NCBI GenBank assembly: GCA_002773535.1
Contig: PFAZ01000001.1
Span: 19,226 to 83,225, forward strand
Reading direction: 5' to 3'
DNA from: Candidatus Harrisonbacteria bacterium CG10_big_fil_rev_8_21_14_0_10_40_38
Lineage (GTDB): Bacteria; Patescibacteriota; Minisyncoccia; UBA6257; 1-14-0-10-40-38
DNA: 64,000 nt
Below are positions 37,138-47,281 of this stretch, one piece after another; the first letter of the stretch is position 1; each line of letters begins with the position of its first letter. The notes beneath the pieces are model-generated. The model was not told the DNA's origin and did not search any database. It worked only from the letters and a program-made list of their open reading frames with translations. A program made the position numbers and the translations under genes.

Positions 37138-37170
37138 CCTCCGGCACCAAAGCCGGAGGTTTTCTTTTTT
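37138..37170 (+). terminator. Intrinsic terminator
   Basis: cctccggc-accaaa-gccggagg followed by ttttctttttt. Confidence 0.8.
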
Positions 37171-37296
37171 AAAATTTCATTTCCCACCCCATCCACGTAT
37201 AATAAAAATACGTAAGTCGTAAGTTTTTAGTTGTCAGTTGATTACTGTCATTCCGAGCGAAGCGAGATCCTGAGTCGCACCGAAGGCTTCCAAGTC

Positions 37297-37331
37297 CATA
37301 ATTTATAATTCCAACTTCATAATTCTAAAAA
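37297..37331 (+). repeat. CATAATT-family heptamer array ending 2 nt before the start of 37334
   Basis: The units are cataatt tataatt ccaactt cataatt ctaaaaa. Confidence 0.7.
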
Positions 37332-37333
37332 TT

Positions 37334-37861
37334 ATGTTAATAATTTTTACCGGCAACGGAAAAGGAAAAACAACAGCGGCCCTAGGACAAGCAGTTCGCA
37401 TAATGGGACGCGGCAAAAAAGCCCTCATAGTTCAGTGCATCAAAGGCCCATGGAAATCTGGTGAAGATTTTTTTAGAGAAACTTTCGATATTCCAAAAGA
37501 AACATTTAACATACGCAAAATGGGTCTCGGTTTCGTCGGCATCTTGGGCGACACCCTTCCAAAAGAAAAACACATAGAAGCCGCCAAATCCGCACTAGCT
37601 ACATTTAAAGAAGCGCTCGAATCAAACAAATGGGATCTCATCGTTTTAGACGAAGTGAATGTAGCGGTTTCACTCGGGCTCTTAACTGTAGACGAAGTGT
37701 TAAAAGTTGCAGAAAATATCCCCGAAGAAAAACTGGTAGTCTTCACAGGTAGGGGAGCTCCACAAGAATTTATAGACAAAGCCGATCTCGCAACAGAAAT
37801 GAGAGAAATAAAACACCCATTCGCTGACGGCAAAAAAGCTAAAATCTCAATCGAGTTTTAA
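37334..37861 (+). CDS. ATP:cob(I)alamin adenosyltransferase (CobO/BtuR family)
   Basis: The P-loop IIFTGNGKGKTTAALG and DLIVLDE are typical of CobA/CobO/BtuR. Confidence 0.75.
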   Translation: MLIIFTGNGKGKTTAALGQAVRIMGRGKKALIVQCIKGPWKSGEDFFRETFDIPKETFNIRKMGLGFVGILGDTLPKEKHIEAAKSALATFKEALESNKWDLIVLDEVNVAVSLGLLTVDEVLKVAENIPEEKLVVFTGRGAPQEFIDKADLATEMREIKHPFADGKKAKISIEF

Positions 37862-37872
37862 ATCACCTTTCC

Positions 37873-37907
37873 CATAATTCATTATTCATAATTCTTAATT
37901 CATTTTC
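37873..37907 (+). repeat. CATAATT-family heptamer array ending 2 nt before the start of comEC
   Basis: The units are cataatt cattatt cataatt cttaatt cattttc. Confidence 0.7.
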
Positions 37908-37909
37908 TT

Positions 37910-39334
37910 ATGCCCCTCCACGACAAGGCATTCTGGCTCCTCGCGTGGTATCTCATAGGCGTTGCGATAGCAAGCGCAACAATCAACTTTTCGCACTCGC
38001 TTTTAGTTTCCGCAATTCTGTCTGTTTTTCCCGCTTTGGCTCTTATAAGTTCAAAAAAAGAATTAGCCGTCCTTTCACTAGCAGCCATAGTTGGTGTCGG
38101 TCATTTTGAACTAAGTGATGCTCTAAGAGAAACCGTTTTGCTTCCCGAAAATCAAATTCCATTCACAGCAATTATCAAAAAATCAGAAGAAAGAGGGGAG
38201 AGCCAGCGCCTCACGGTAGCATTAAATAAACCTTTCAGTGGGAAAATCAGAATAACTGCAGAAAGGTTTCCCAAATTCAGCTATGGCGACATTATAGAAA
38301 TTTCAGGAAACATTGAAACCCCAACAGAAGAAAATCAAAACTATTTAAGAAAAGACAATCTGTCAGCGACAGCTTTATTCCCCGAAATAAGCCTCATCAA
38401 AAATGCAGAAGGGTTTTCCATCCGCCGTACTCTATACAACATCAAAGATTGGTCAGATAAAATAATCAAAAAAACTCTACCACAGGAAGAAGCGGTTTTT
38501 ATGTCGGGCATCCTCCTCGGAGAAACGGGTTCTTTTAAACCTGAGCTTCGCGATGCGCTGTCTAGTACAGGAACCAGTCACCTCGTTGCGCTTTCTGGCT
38601 ACAACATCACTATTGTCGCCGAAAGCGTGATGATAGCTTTGGGCTGGTTTTTAAAAAGAAAAAAAGCTTTCGCAGGTGGCGCGATAGCGATAACTCTCTT
38701 TGTCATAATGACAGGCGCAGAAGCCGCCACAGTCCGCGCCGGCATCATGGGCCTGATCCTGCTTCTCGCAAATCAGTCAGAGAGAATTTACAGTTTCAGA
38801 AACGCCATAACTATATCTGCCGCAGTGATGGTCATAATCAATCCAAATATTCTGTTTTGGGATATCGGCTTTCAACTTTCGTTCGTCGCCGTCTTGGGGC
38901 TCATCTATCTCCGCCCTGTAATTTCAAAATTTTTAAAATTTGAATCCGACAAAGGTTTTCTAAACTGGAAAGAAAACATAGCCACAACGCTCGCTGCTCA
39001 AATCGCCGTCCTGCCAATTCTTCTAAATGCATTCGGTTCTTTTTCTCCGGTATCAATTCTCGCAAACATGCTTGTACTCTCCGCCATCCCGCTCACTATG
39101 CTTTTTGGTGTTTTTGTTATTTTCTTCGGATCAATACTTTCATTTCTAGGGTTTTTGTTTGGCTTTGTTGCTCATTTCCTACTTTTATATGAACTCACAG
39201 TTATAAAAACTCTAAGCAGGTTCAGTATAGGAATCCACATAGAGCACATAAACATAATCGCAGTAATTTTTTATTATGTAATTGTGCTCTACGCAATCCG
39301 CCGATCCAAAATAAAAAGCTTTCGCCATATATGA
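37910..39334 (+). CDS. comEC: ComEC/Rec2 DNA internalisation channel (DUF4131 + competence domain), membrane part
   Basis: Polytopic; SSTGTSHLVALSGYNITIV is the competence-domain signature. Confidence 0.8.
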   Translation: MPLHDKAFWLLAWYLIGVAIASATINFSHSLLVSAILSVFPALALISSKKELAVLSLAAIVGVGHFELSDALRETVLLPENQIPFTAIIKKSEERGESQRLTVALNKPFSGKIRITAERFPKFSYGDIIEISGNIETPTEENQNYLRKDNLSATALFPEISLIKNAEGFSIRRTLYNIKDWSDKIIKKTLPQEEAVFMSGILLGETGSFKPELRDALSSTGTSHLVALSGYNITIVAESVMIALGWFLKRKKAFAGGAIAITLFVIMTGAEAATVRAGIMGLILLLANQSERIYSFRNAITISAAVMVIINPNILFWDIGFQLSFVAVLGLIYLRPVISKFLKFESDKGFLNWKENIATTLAAQIAVLPILLNAFGSFSPVSILANMLVLSAIPLTMLFGVFVIFFGSILSFLGFLFGFVAHFLLLYELTVIKTLSRFSIGIHIEHINIIAVIFYYVIVLYAIRRSKIKSFRHI

Positions 39335-40179
39335 GCAAAAACCCTGCCTACGTTATTATCATTCTTCTTTTTCTCGCAGATATTTTTGTCTTCAAAAGCG
39401 TCTTAAGCTCACATGACGCTCTAGAAGTTCATTTTCTAAACATTGGTCAGGGCGATTCTGCGCTTATCAGATTTCCAAGCGGTGAAGATGTTCTTGTCGA
39501 TGGCGGCCCACCAAACGGAAAGATTTTAACCGAACTTGGCAAAATCCTGCCCCTCGAAGACAGATACATAGATCTTGTTATCTCAACCCACCCCGACCTC
39601 GATCACTTCGGCGGGTTTATAGACGTATTAGATAACTATGACATCGGCGCCATCATCGGCAATGGCAGATATGGTTCCGCCACGAGCTTTGAAACATTTT
39701 TAGAAAAAATAAATAAAAACGGGAAAAAGTATATAACTCTCAAAGAAGGGGACACGATAACCTTAAAAAATTCCAAACTCGATATAATTTCGCCAAATGA
39801 GGAGGAATTTATGGGAACCGCCACAAACGATGCCTCAATAGTTTTTGAACTCGAAAGTTACGGCGCAAAATTCCTTTTTACCGGCGACATTAGCTCCGAA
39901 GTCGAAAATAGACTTGTAGACGAAAATAAGGTTCCAGACATAGATATATTAAAAGTAGCCCATCATGGCTCAAGGTTCTCATCAACAGCTTCGTTTTTAG
40001 ATAAAATAAAGCCTGAAATAGCTGTGATAAGTGTCGGCAAAAACAGCTACGGACACCCCACAGAAGAGGCGATAAATAGACTAAGCGAAGAAGGGTCAAA
40101 AATCCTAAGAACCGACTATTACGGAACTATCAGGACAGAGGTCAAAAACGGCCATATTTTCACCTTTACAGAAAGGTAG
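39331..40179 (+). CDS. Metallo-beta-lactamase domain protein (the ComEC C-terminal domain encoded separately)
   Basis: VHFLNIGQGDSALIRFPSGEDVLVDGG and STHPDLDHFGG (HxHxDH-like) motifs; ATGA overlap with comEC. Confidence 0.75.
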   Translation: MSKNPAYVIIILLFLADIFVFKSVLSSHDALEVHFLNIGQGDSALIRFPSGEDVLVDGGPPNGKILTELGKILPLEDRYIDLVISTHPDLDHFGGFIDVLDNYDIGAIIGNGRYGSATSFETFLEKINKNGKKYITLKEGDTITLKNSKLDIISPNEEEFMGTATNDASIVFELESYGAKFLFTGDISSEVENRLVDENKVPDIDILKVAHHGSRFSSTASFLDKIKPEIAVISVGKNSYGHPTEEAINRLSEEGSKILRTDYYGTIRTEVKNGHIFTFTER

Positions 40180-40200
40180 GTGACACAATAAACCCAATGC

Positions 40201-40230
40201 TTGACATCATTTTTGTTCGTTTGCTAACAT
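40201..40230 (+). promoter_or_regulatory. Candidate sigma-70 promoter for the tuf / S10 operon
   Basis: TTGACA-18 nt-TAACAT, about 100 nt upstream of tuf. Confidence 0.35.
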
Positions 40231-40334
40231 GGGTAATGCTCACACGCGACTCATAAACCAAGTTTTGCGGGGCAGCAAGTAATACATATATATAAATAAG
40301 TCGAAATTAATAAAATTAACATTCCATCGCCCGT

Positions 40335-41534
40335 ATGGCAGAAAAGGAAAAATTTCAAAGAAATAAACCGCACGTAAATGTTGGAACTATCGGTCACGTT
40401 GACCACGGTAAGACCACATTAACAGCGGCTATTACGCACGTCCTTCACATGAAGGGTCTTGCGAAAAAAGAAGAAAACGTAGATCAGATCGACAGCGCTC
40501 CAGAGGAAAAGGCACGTGGTATTACCATTGCTCTCCACCACTCGGAGTACGAGTCAGAAAAACGTCACTATGCGCACATCGACGCGCCAGGTCACGCTGA
40601 CTACATTAAAAACATGATCACGGGAGCCGCCCAAATGGACGGTGCTATCCTCGTGGTTTCAGCAGCTGACGGCCCAATGCCTCAGACGCGAGAACACATT
40701 CTTCTCGCACGTCAGGTAGGTGTACCGGCTGTAGTCGTATTCTTAAACAAGGTTGATCAGGCTGACGATCCGTCACTTGTTGACCTCGTTGAGTCAGAAG
40801 TAAGGGAACTTCTTAATAAATATCAATTCCCAGGTGACGAAACACCAATCATTCGCGGATCAGCTCTAAAAGCTCTCCAGGCTCCTTCTCTCGATGACGA
40901 AGCAGTAAAGCCAATTCTTGAGCTCGTTAAAGCCCTCGATGAATTCGTCCCAGAACCGGTCCGAGACGTATCAAAACCATTTTTGATGCCAGTCGAAGAC
41001 GTCTTCTCAATCAAAGGTCTTGGCACAGTTGCCACAGGACGTATTGAAAGAGGAATCATTAAGTCAGGTGAGGAAGTCGAACTAGTTGGTATCAGGCCAA
41101 CCCAGAAGTCGGTTGTCACTGGAGTAGAAATGTTCCAGAAGACCCTCGACGAAGGTCAAGCTGGTGACAACGTCGGTTTGCTTCTCCGCGGTCTTAAAAA
41201 AGAAGATATCGAACGCGGTCAGGTTATCGCAAAACCAGACAGCGTAAAGCCTCACACAGAATTTGACGCAGAGGTATATGTCTTAACAAAAGAAGAAGGT
41301 GGTCGTCACACCCCATTCTTCAAAGGGTATAAACCACAGTTCTATATGAAGACCACAGACATCACTGGTGAAGTGTATCTTCCAGAAGGAACAGAAATGG
41401 TTATGCCTGGCGACACCGTCTCAATCAAAGTTAAGCTTTTGGTGCCAGTAGCACTCGAAGAAAAACAGAGATTTGCTATCCGTGAAGGCGGAAAGACGGT
41501 AGGTGCAGGAGTTGTAACAAAGATTTCAGCTTAA
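40335..41534 (+). CDS. tuf: Elongation factor Tu
   Basis: [36 protein letters not shown]. Confidence 0.97.
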   Translation: MAEKEKFQRNKPHVNVGTIGHVDHGKTTLTAAITHVLHMKGLAKKEENVDQIDSAPEEKARGITIALHHSEYESEKRHYAHIDAPGHADYIKNMITGAAQMDGAILVVSAADGPMPQTREHILLARQVGVPAVVVFLNKVDQADDPSLVDLVESEVRELLNKYQFPGDETPIIRGSALKALQAPSLDDEAVKPILELVKALDEFVPEPVRDVSKPFLMPVEDVFSIKGLGTVATGRIERGIIKSGEEVELVGIRPTQKSVVTGVEMFQKTLDEGQAGDNVGLLLRGLKKEDIERGQVIAKPDSVKPHTEFDAEVYVLTKEEGGRHTPFFKGYKPQFYMKTTDITGEVYLPEGTEMVMPGDTVSIKVKLLVPVALEEKQRFAIREGGKTVGAGVVTKISA

Positions 41535-41540
41535 ACCTTT

Positions 41541-41861
41541 ATGACTAAAAAGGACGTTGAAAAACTTAGGCTCCGAATCAAGGCATACGACCATAAGCTC
41601 ATAGACAGTTCATGCCGTCAGATTATTGATAGCGCAAAGCGTCATGACGCTGAAATTATCGGTCCTATACCTCTCCCAACAGAGATCAAAAAGTATACGG
41701 TAAACCGATCAACGTTCGTTCATAAGGATTCACGGGAGCAGTTTGAACTCCGAATCCACAAGCGACTCATCGACATAATTAACCCAAATCAATCAATTAT
41801 CGAATCCTTTTCACAGCTTAATTTGCCTGCGGGCGTCGATATTGAGGTAAAACGCGTGTAA
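41541..41861 (+). CDS. rpsJ: 30S ribosomal protein S10
   Basis: IKAYDHKLIDSSCRQIIDSAKRHDAEIIGPIPLPT..., 106 aa. Confidence 0.95.
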   Translation: MTKKDVEKLRLRIKAYDHKLIDSSCRQIIDSAKRHDAEIIGPIPLPTEIKKYTVNRSTFVHKDSREQFELRIHKRLIDIINPNQSIIESFSQLNLPAGVDIEVKRV

Positions 41862-41865
41862 TAAA

Positions 41866-41975
41866 CTGCCGGAGTATGGACAAGAGAATGGATATTAGTG
41901 TAAAATACGCTCCGGCAGGTAATTAAACGAGGGAATGTGGCGAAAACTGCTAGAGCTGCCCCCTAGCAGTTTTTG
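41866..41975 (+). promoter_or_regulatory. Two stem-loops between rpsJ and rplC; the second is terminator-like (possible attenuator)
   Basis: ctgccggag(41866-74)/ctccggcag(41910-18) with a 35-nt loop; aaactgctag-agctgcccc-ctagcagttt followed by ttgc, 25 nt before the rplC start. Confidence 0.4.
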
Positions 41976-41999
41976 CTATCAAAAGATACCTAAAAAGTT

Positions 42000-42437
42000 A
42001 TGAAAATACCCGGTAAAAAAATAAGAATGACTCAAGTATTTCGCTCTGACAGCACTCTTGCAGTGACTCTTGTTAAGGTTGCAAACGAAGAGCTTGCAAA
42101 AAGCCTTACGCCGGGTATCGAAGTAACTGTAGTGGGGAAGACCAAAGGAAAAGGATTTCAAGGTGTCGTAAAACGACACGGATTTGGAGGCGGACCAAAA
42201 ACCCACGGTCAAAAGAACCGCTATCGCGCTCCTGGATCTATAGGCAGCACTGCGCCACAAAGAGTTGTGCCGGGAAGAAAAATGGCCGGCCGCATGGGCG
42301 GTGACAGAAAAACCCTCAAAGGCATTGAGGTTGTCGAAGTTAATCCGGAAGAAATGATGATTACCTTAAAAGGCCCGATCCCGGGCAATAACGGTGATGC
42401 CATTGAGATGATAAACGTACCCGAAGCGGAAAAATAA
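42000..42437 (+). CDS. rplC: 50S ribosomal protein L3 (short form)
   Basis: MKIPGKKIRMTQVF...GKTKGKGFQGVVKRHGFGGGPKTHGQ. Confidence 0.9.
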   Translation: MKIPGKKIRMTQVFRSDSTLAVTLVKVANEELAKSLTPGIEVTVVGKTKGKGFQGVVKRHGFGGGPKTHGQKNRYRAPGSIGSTAPQRVVPGRKMAGRMGGDRKTLKGIEVVEVNPEEMMITLKGPIPGNNGDAIEMINVPEAEK

Positions 42438-42453
42438 ATTTATTAATTAGAAT

Positions 42454-43200
42454 ATGAAAACTTCAGTCTACAATTGGAAAGGAGAACAAGTTTCCGAAAC
42501 AAATATTCCGGAAGCAATTTTCATGCGCCCATGGAATCCTGACCTTGTTCACGAAGTTATCTTGGCACAGGCCGCAAACCGCAGAAAACCAGTTGCTCAC
42601 GCAAAAGGACGCGGCGAAGTAAGTGGTGGAGGTAAAAAACCTTGGCGCCAGAAAGGAACCGGACGCGCTCGTCACGGATCAATCAGATCTCCAATATGGA
42701 AAGGAGGAGGTGTCACTCACGGCCCTATAAGTGAGAAAAATTTTTCAAAAAAAGTTAACAAAAAAGCCAAATCAGCGGCAATCTATTCTGCGCTTTCAAA
42801 AAAACTTGCTGTAGGCGAACTCAAAGTTTTAAATACACTCAAAATAGAAGAAGAAAAAACCAAAGCCTTGAATTCAGCGCTTCATGGATTTTTTAATATC
42901 GCAAAATCAACAAAAAAGCTCTCCGTACTCTTAATCCCTCAAAAAGGGGAAAGGGCAATCTTTAAAACAGCTTCAAACATCCCAACAGTAAAAGCATCAG
43001 CGGTAAACAGCATAAACATCGAAGATGTGCTCCGATACAAAAATGTTCTTATCGATGAAGCCGCTATTTCCGAATTTACAAAAAAAGGTGAGCGCGCCCC
43101 AGTTAAAGCGGAAACCGTCGAAGAAAAGCCAAAGGCAGAAGCGAAAAAAACTTCCGTAAAGAAAGCTCCGGCAAAGAAATCCGTAAAGAAAGAAAAATAA
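42454..43200 (+). CDS. rplD: 50S ribosomal protein L4 with Lys/Ala-rich C-terminal extension
   Basis: GRGEVSGGGKKPWRQKGTGRARHGSIRSPIWKGGG. Confidence 0.92.
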   Translation: MKTSVYNWKGEQVSETNIPEAIFMRPWNPDLVHEVILAQAANRRKPVAHAKGRGEVSGGGKKPWRQKGTGRARHGSIRSPIWKGGGVTHGPISEKNFSKKVNKKAKSAAIYSALSKKLAVGELKVLNTLKIEEEKTKALNSALHGFFNIAKSTKKLSVLLIPQKGERAIFKTASNIPTVKASAVNSINIEDVLRYKNVLIDEAAISEFTKKGERAPVKAETVEEKPKAEAKKTSVKKAPAKKSVKKEK

Positions 43201-43204
43201 AAAT

Positions 43205-43537
43205 ATGGCTACAAAGAAAACCGCTACAAAAGAAAAGAAAGTTGAAAATCGAACGGTGGTAAACCGAGCGGTTATTACCCATCCAATAATCACAGAAAAA
43301 GCGGTGACGATGAGTGGTCAAGACAAGTATGTTTTCCTTGTAAAAAAAGAATCAACAAAACCCGAAGTCAAAAAAACCGTTGAAGGTGTATATAAAGTTG
43401 AGGTCGATCAGGTTCATGTAATAAATACAAAACCAAAGACACGACGTCTTGGCAGAACAATCGGCGTAAAGTCGGGTTATAAAAAAGCCATTGTTACGTT
43501 GAAAAAAGGCCACAAATTAGATATACTACCCCACTAA
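43205..43537 (+). CDS. rplW: 50S ribosomal protein L23
   Basis: ITHPIITEKAV...KYVFLVKKESTKPEVKKTVEGVYKVEV. Confidence 0.9.
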   Translation: MATKKTATKEKKVENRTVVNRAVITHPIITEKAVTMSGQDKYVFLVKKESTKPEVKKTVEGVYKVEVDQVHVINTKPKTRRLGRTIGVKSGYKKAIVTLKKGHKLDILPH

Positions 43538-43556
43538 CCTTTGAAGTAAGGCAAAT

Positions 43557-44393
43557 ATGAAGAATTATAAAGCAACAACTCCATCAAGGCGCGGAATGAA
43601 AACGATTAACTATCGTGAAGTTTTGACTACTTCAGAGCCATGGAAGCCTCTCACAAAGCGCATCAAAAGCCACGCTGGCCGCAACAACAGGGGTGTAATT
43701 ACAATGCGTCATCAGGGAGGAGGTAATAAAAAACTCTACAGAATTATTGATTTTAAACAGAATAAAGTGGGCGTTCCTGCACGTATCGAAACTATTGAGT
43801 ACGATCCGTACAGAAGCGCCTTCATTTCCAGAGTTATATATAAGGATGGCGAAAGAAGATATGTTCTCGCCGCAAAAGACATAAAAGTAGGTCAGGAAAT
43901 TGTTACAGGAGAATCTGCGCCTCTTAAACCGGGCAATCGTCTTCCCCTTGGCAAAATCCCAGTAGGTTATCAGGTTCATAATGTTGAAATGAAACCAGGT
44001 AGCGGTGGCAAACTCGCAAGATCAGCCGGCTCATACGCCGAAGTCTTGGGACACGAAGGTAAGCACTCTATCATCAAGCTTTCTTCAAAAGAAGTTAGAA
44101 AAGTTTCGATAAATAGCCTTGCTACACTAGGTCAGGTTTCAAACTCGGATTACAATCTGGTAAATTACGGAAAGGCAGGCCGATCTCGCTGGATGGGCAT
44201 AAGGCCAACAGTTCGCGCAAGCGCCATGAATCCAGTTGACCACAAGTACGGTGGTGGTGAGGGAGCACAGCCTCGTGGAACCAGAAGACCAAAAGATATC
44301 TGGGGTAATATTACCGGTGGTCGAAAGACCAGAGACAAGAAGAAATATTCTGGTAAATTTATCATGCAGAGACGCGCTAAAAAGCGTAAATAA
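43557..44393 (+). CDS. rplB: 50S ribosomal protein L2
   Basis: [16 protein letters not shown]...[11 protein letters not shown]. Confidence 0.95.
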   Translation: MKNYKATTPSRRGMKTINYREVLTTSEPWKPLTKRIKSHAGRNNRGVITMRHQGGGNKKLYRIIDFKQNKVGVPARIETIEYDPYRSAFISRVIYKDGERRYVLAAKDIKVGQEIVTGESAPLKPGNRLPLGKIPVGYQVHNVEMKPGSGGKLARSAGSYAEVLGHEGKHSIIKLSSKEVRKVSINSLATLGQVSNSDYNLVNYGKAGRSRWMGIRPTVRASAMNPVDHKYGGGEGAQPRGTRRPKDIWGNITGGRKTRDKKKYSGKFIMQRRAKKRK

Positions 44394-44398
44394 AAAAT

Positions 44399-44722
44399 AT
44401 GACAAGATCACTACGAAAAGGACCATACGTTGATGAAAAGCTTTTGAAAAAAATTTCAAAGCTTGCTCCGGGTGATAAATCAGTAATAAACACCTGGTCA
44501 CGTTCATCTGAAATTTCTCCCGAAATGGTAGGGCTCACTTTTGGTGTTCATAACGGAAAAAAGTTTATCCCCGTAACCATAAGAGAAGAAATGATTGGTC
44601 ACAGGCTTGGCGAGTTTTCGCCAACGAAAACTTTCGTTAAACACGGTGGTAAAATGCAACGCGACCTCGAAGCCGCAAAGAAAGTAAGTGAACAGCAGGC
44701 AAAAGCCGCAGCAAAGAAATAA
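44399..44722 (+). CDS. rpsS: 30S ribosomal protein S19 with C-terminal extension
   Basis: [16 protein letters not shown]...[15 protein letters not shown]. Confidence 0.92.
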   Translation: MTRSLRKGPYVDEKLLKKISKLAPGDKSVINTWSRSSEISPEMVGLTFGVHNGKKFIPVTIREEMIGHRLGEFSPTKTFVKHGGKMQRDLEAAKKVSEQQAKAAAKK

Positions 44723-44734
44723 AAGCCCAAAGGT

Positions 44735-45250
44735 ATGAAACAGCAAATAGCAAAAGCAAAATACGTACACATTGCTCCACGAAAAGTGAGGCTGATTGCT
44801 AATACCTTAAAAGGCCTAAACGTAAACGAAGCAGAAGCTCAACTCATGCTTCGTCCTCAACGATCATCCGATCCGCTTCTTAAACTCGTAAGGTCAGCTG
44901 TTGCAAATGCAAAAAATAATCAAAAAATGGGTGCAGAAGGACTCATTATTTCAAAAATTACAGTAGACGAAGGCCCGATCATGAAACGCATGTTGCCAAG
45001 AGCTCAAGGAAGAGCCACTCCTATTCATAAGAAAATGAGCCACATCACTTTGGTTCTTGAAGAAAAGTCAGGATCAGAGCCAAGATTCAACATCATCCCA
45101 CCTCAAAAGAAAGGCAAAAAAGACGCTCCAAAAGCAAAGAAGCCAAAGGCCGTAAAAACACACGAAGAAGCAGTGCAGGATTCAAAACCAAAAGCGCAAA
45201 AAACTGACAAAGGTTTGCTGAAGAAAATTTTCCGAAGAAAATCTGTATAA
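44735..45250 (+). CDS. rplV: 50S ribosomal protein L22 with Lys-rich C-terminal extension
   Basis: AKAKYVHIAPRKVRLIANTLKGLNVNEAEAQL. Confidence 0.9.
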   Translation: MKQQIAKAKYVHIAPRKVRLIANTLKGLNVNEAEAQLMLRPQRSSDPLLKLVRSAVANAKNNQKMGAEGLIISKITVDEGPIMKRMLPRAQGRATPIHKKMSHITLVLEEKSGSEPRFNIIPPQKKGKKDAPKAKKPKAVKTHEEAVQDSKPKAQKTDKGLLKKIFRRKSV

Positions 45251-45255
45251 AAATT

Positions 45256-45936
45256 ATGGGACAAAAAATTAATCCAATTTCATTACGTCTCGGTATCATC
45301 GGCTCATGGAGAAGCAGGTGGTGGCCAAAGACCAGCTACAAAAACCAGCTTGAAGAAGACATGTTTATTCGGGATATTATCAAAATAAAAGCAAAACAGG
45401 CTGGAATCATCAAAATCGATATCGAAAGAACAGCAGACAACGCTTACAAGATTTTCCTTAAAGTTGCGAGGCCGGGTATCGTAATCGGTCGCGGCGGACA
45501 AGGCGTAGCAGATCTCACAAAAGCAGTTGAGAAAAAACTTAGCGGCCTTTTCACGCAAAGAAAAGACAGAAAACAAAGCTTTTCTGTAAACATCACTGTT
45601 GAAGAAATGAAACGTTCAGAAATTTCTTCCGCGTATGTCGCTCAATCAATCGCGTGGGATATCGAAAAGCGTATGCCTGCAAGAAGGGTATTAAAGAGAT
45701 ACATCGGTCTTGTTATGCAGAACCGCGAAGCGCAAGGTGTAAAGATAAAACTTTCCGGACGTATCAACGGCGCCGAAATCGCAAGACAAGAATCATTGTC
45801 AGCGGGTAAACTCCCACTACAGACACTCCGCGCAAACATTGATTACAGTGAAGCCACATCATTCAATACATATGGAACGATCGGCATAAAGGTCTGGATC
45901 TATAAAGGCGAAGTTTTCGGCGACGATAAAATTTAA
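45256..45936 (+). CDS. rpsC: 30S ribosomal protein S3
   Basis: [15 protein letters not shown].. and a KH domain. Confidence 0.95.
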   Translation: MGQKINPISLRLGIIGSWRSRWWPKTSYKNQLEEDMFIRDIIKIKAKQAGIIKIDIERTADNAYKIFLKVARPGIVIGRGGQGVADLTKAVEKKLSGLFTQRKDRKQSFSVNITVEEMKRSEISSAYVAQSIAWDIEKRMPARRVLKRYIGLVMQNREAQGVKIKLSGRINGAEIARQESLSAGKLPLQTLRANIDYSEATSFNTYGTIGIKVWIYKGEVFGDDKI

Positions 45937-45944
45937 ATAAAACC

Positions 45945-46358
45945 ATGTTGCTTCCAAAGAAAGTAAAACATCGAAAATGGCAGAAAGGACGTTCGAAAAA
46001 ACGAACGGTTGAGACTCGTGGAACAACTTTGTCATTTGGTACATTTGGGCTCAAAGCCGAAAGCGCTGCTTGGGTCAACTCAAGACAGATCGAATCCGCT
46101 CGCCGAACCATCACAAACTTTGTAAAGCGTGAAGGGAAGCTCTGGATCAGAATTTTTCCAGACAAACCAATCACAATGCGTCCGCCTGAAGTAACCATGG
46201 GCGGAGGAAAAGGCGCAGTAGATCACTACGTCTTTCCGGTAAAACCGGGAAGAGTACTATTCGAGGTCGACGGACTGAAGCCAAAAATTGCAAGAGAGGC
46301 GCTTCGTTTGGCTGGATACAAACTTCCGGTAAAGACAAGAATTATCGGTAAAGAATAA
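45945..46358 (+). CDS. rplP: 50S ribosomal protein L16
   Basis: [16 protein letters not shown]... Confidence 0.95.
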   Translation: MLLPKKVKHRKWQKGRSKKRTVETRGTTLSFGTFGLKAESAAWVNSRQIESARRTITNFVKREGKLWIRIFPDKPITMRPPEVTMGGGKGAVDHYVFPVKPGRVLFEVDGLKPKIAREALRLAGYKLPVKTRIIGKE

Positions 46359-46366
46359 GCAAAAAT

Positions 46367-46579
46367 ATGAAACGCAAGGATTTTTTGAACAAATTAAAAG
46401 AAAAGAACTCTGTAGATATCAAAAAGGATATTTCGGAGAGCCGCGACAAGCTTTGGAGCCTAAGGGTTGACCTGGCGGCCGGAAAAGTTAAGAATGTTGC
46501 AGAGATAAGGGCTATTAAAAGATCCATAGCTCGTATGCTTACGCGCTTGAGTTCAGAAAAAACCGATACTTCAAGTTAA
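46367..46579 (+). CDS. rpmC: 50S ribosomal protein L29
   Basis: A 70-aa helical protein at the conserved position between L16 and S17. Confidence 0.85.
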   Translation: MKRKDFLNKLKEKNSVDIKKDISESRDKLWSLRVDLAAGKVKNVAEIRAIKRSIARMLTRLSSEKTDTSS

Positions 46580-46584
46580 ATAAT

Positions 46585-46878
46585 ATGAGGAAATTAGAAG
46601 GAAAAATTGTATCAGATAAAATGACCAAAACTGTTGTAGTGGCGGTCGAGCATTCGCGAAAACACCCGCGCTACTTGAAGTATGTAAAAATCACCAAACG
46701 CCTCAAAGCCCACGATGAAAAAGGCGAGTATCATACCGGTGATCAGGTTGTCATTCAGGAAACTAGACCAATAAGCAAAGATAAGAGATGGATAGTGATT
46801 GGCAGAATTTCCGGTGAAAACAAAAAAGCCGAAATCGTCGAAAAGCCAGAAGCCGAAAGTGAAGCACCAGACGCATAA
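46585..46878 (+). CDS. rpsQ: 30S ribosomal protein S17
   Basis: [19 protein letters not shown]...[27 protein letters not shown]. Confidence 0.92.
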   Translation: MRKLEGKIVSDKMTKTVVVAVEHSRKHPRYLKYVKITKRLKAHDEKGEYHTGDQVVIQETRPISKDKRWIVIGRISGENKKAEIVEKPEAESEAPDA

Positions 46879-46908
46879 TTTTTACTTCTCAATTCATATT
46901 TCAAAAAC

Positions 46909-47277
46909 ATGTTACAGGAAAGATCAATCATAAAAGTTGCAGATAACAGCGGGGCAAAAATTGTCTCTTGTTTCCGCATCTTAGGTGGAAGCCGAAAACG
47001 CTATGCGAAAGTAGGTGATATTTTGATCGCTTCCGTAAAAGTCGCAGAACCGAGAAAGCCGATAAAGAAAAAAGATATTATTAAAGCTCTCGTTGTAAGA
47101 ACAAGTCACCCCATAAGACGCAAGGATGGGGGAGTTGTCAGGTTTGACGAAAACGCAGTCGTTGTCATCGACGAAAAGGGTGAGCCAAAATCAACCCGTG
47201 TCTTCGGCCCTATCCCAAGAGAGATAAAAGAAAAGGGTTATACGTCGGTGTTCTCAATGGCAGAAGAAATTGTATAA
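46909..47277 (+). CDS. rplN: 50S ribosomal protein L14
   Basis: MLQERSIIKVADNSGAK... Confidence 0.95.
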   Translation: MLQERSIIKVADNSGAKIVSCFRILGGSRKRYAKVGDILIASVKVAEPRKPIKKKDIIKALVVRTSHPIRRKDGGVVRFDENAVVVIDEKGEPKSTRVFGPIPREIKEKGYTSVFSMAEEIV

Positions 47278-47281
47278 AGAT

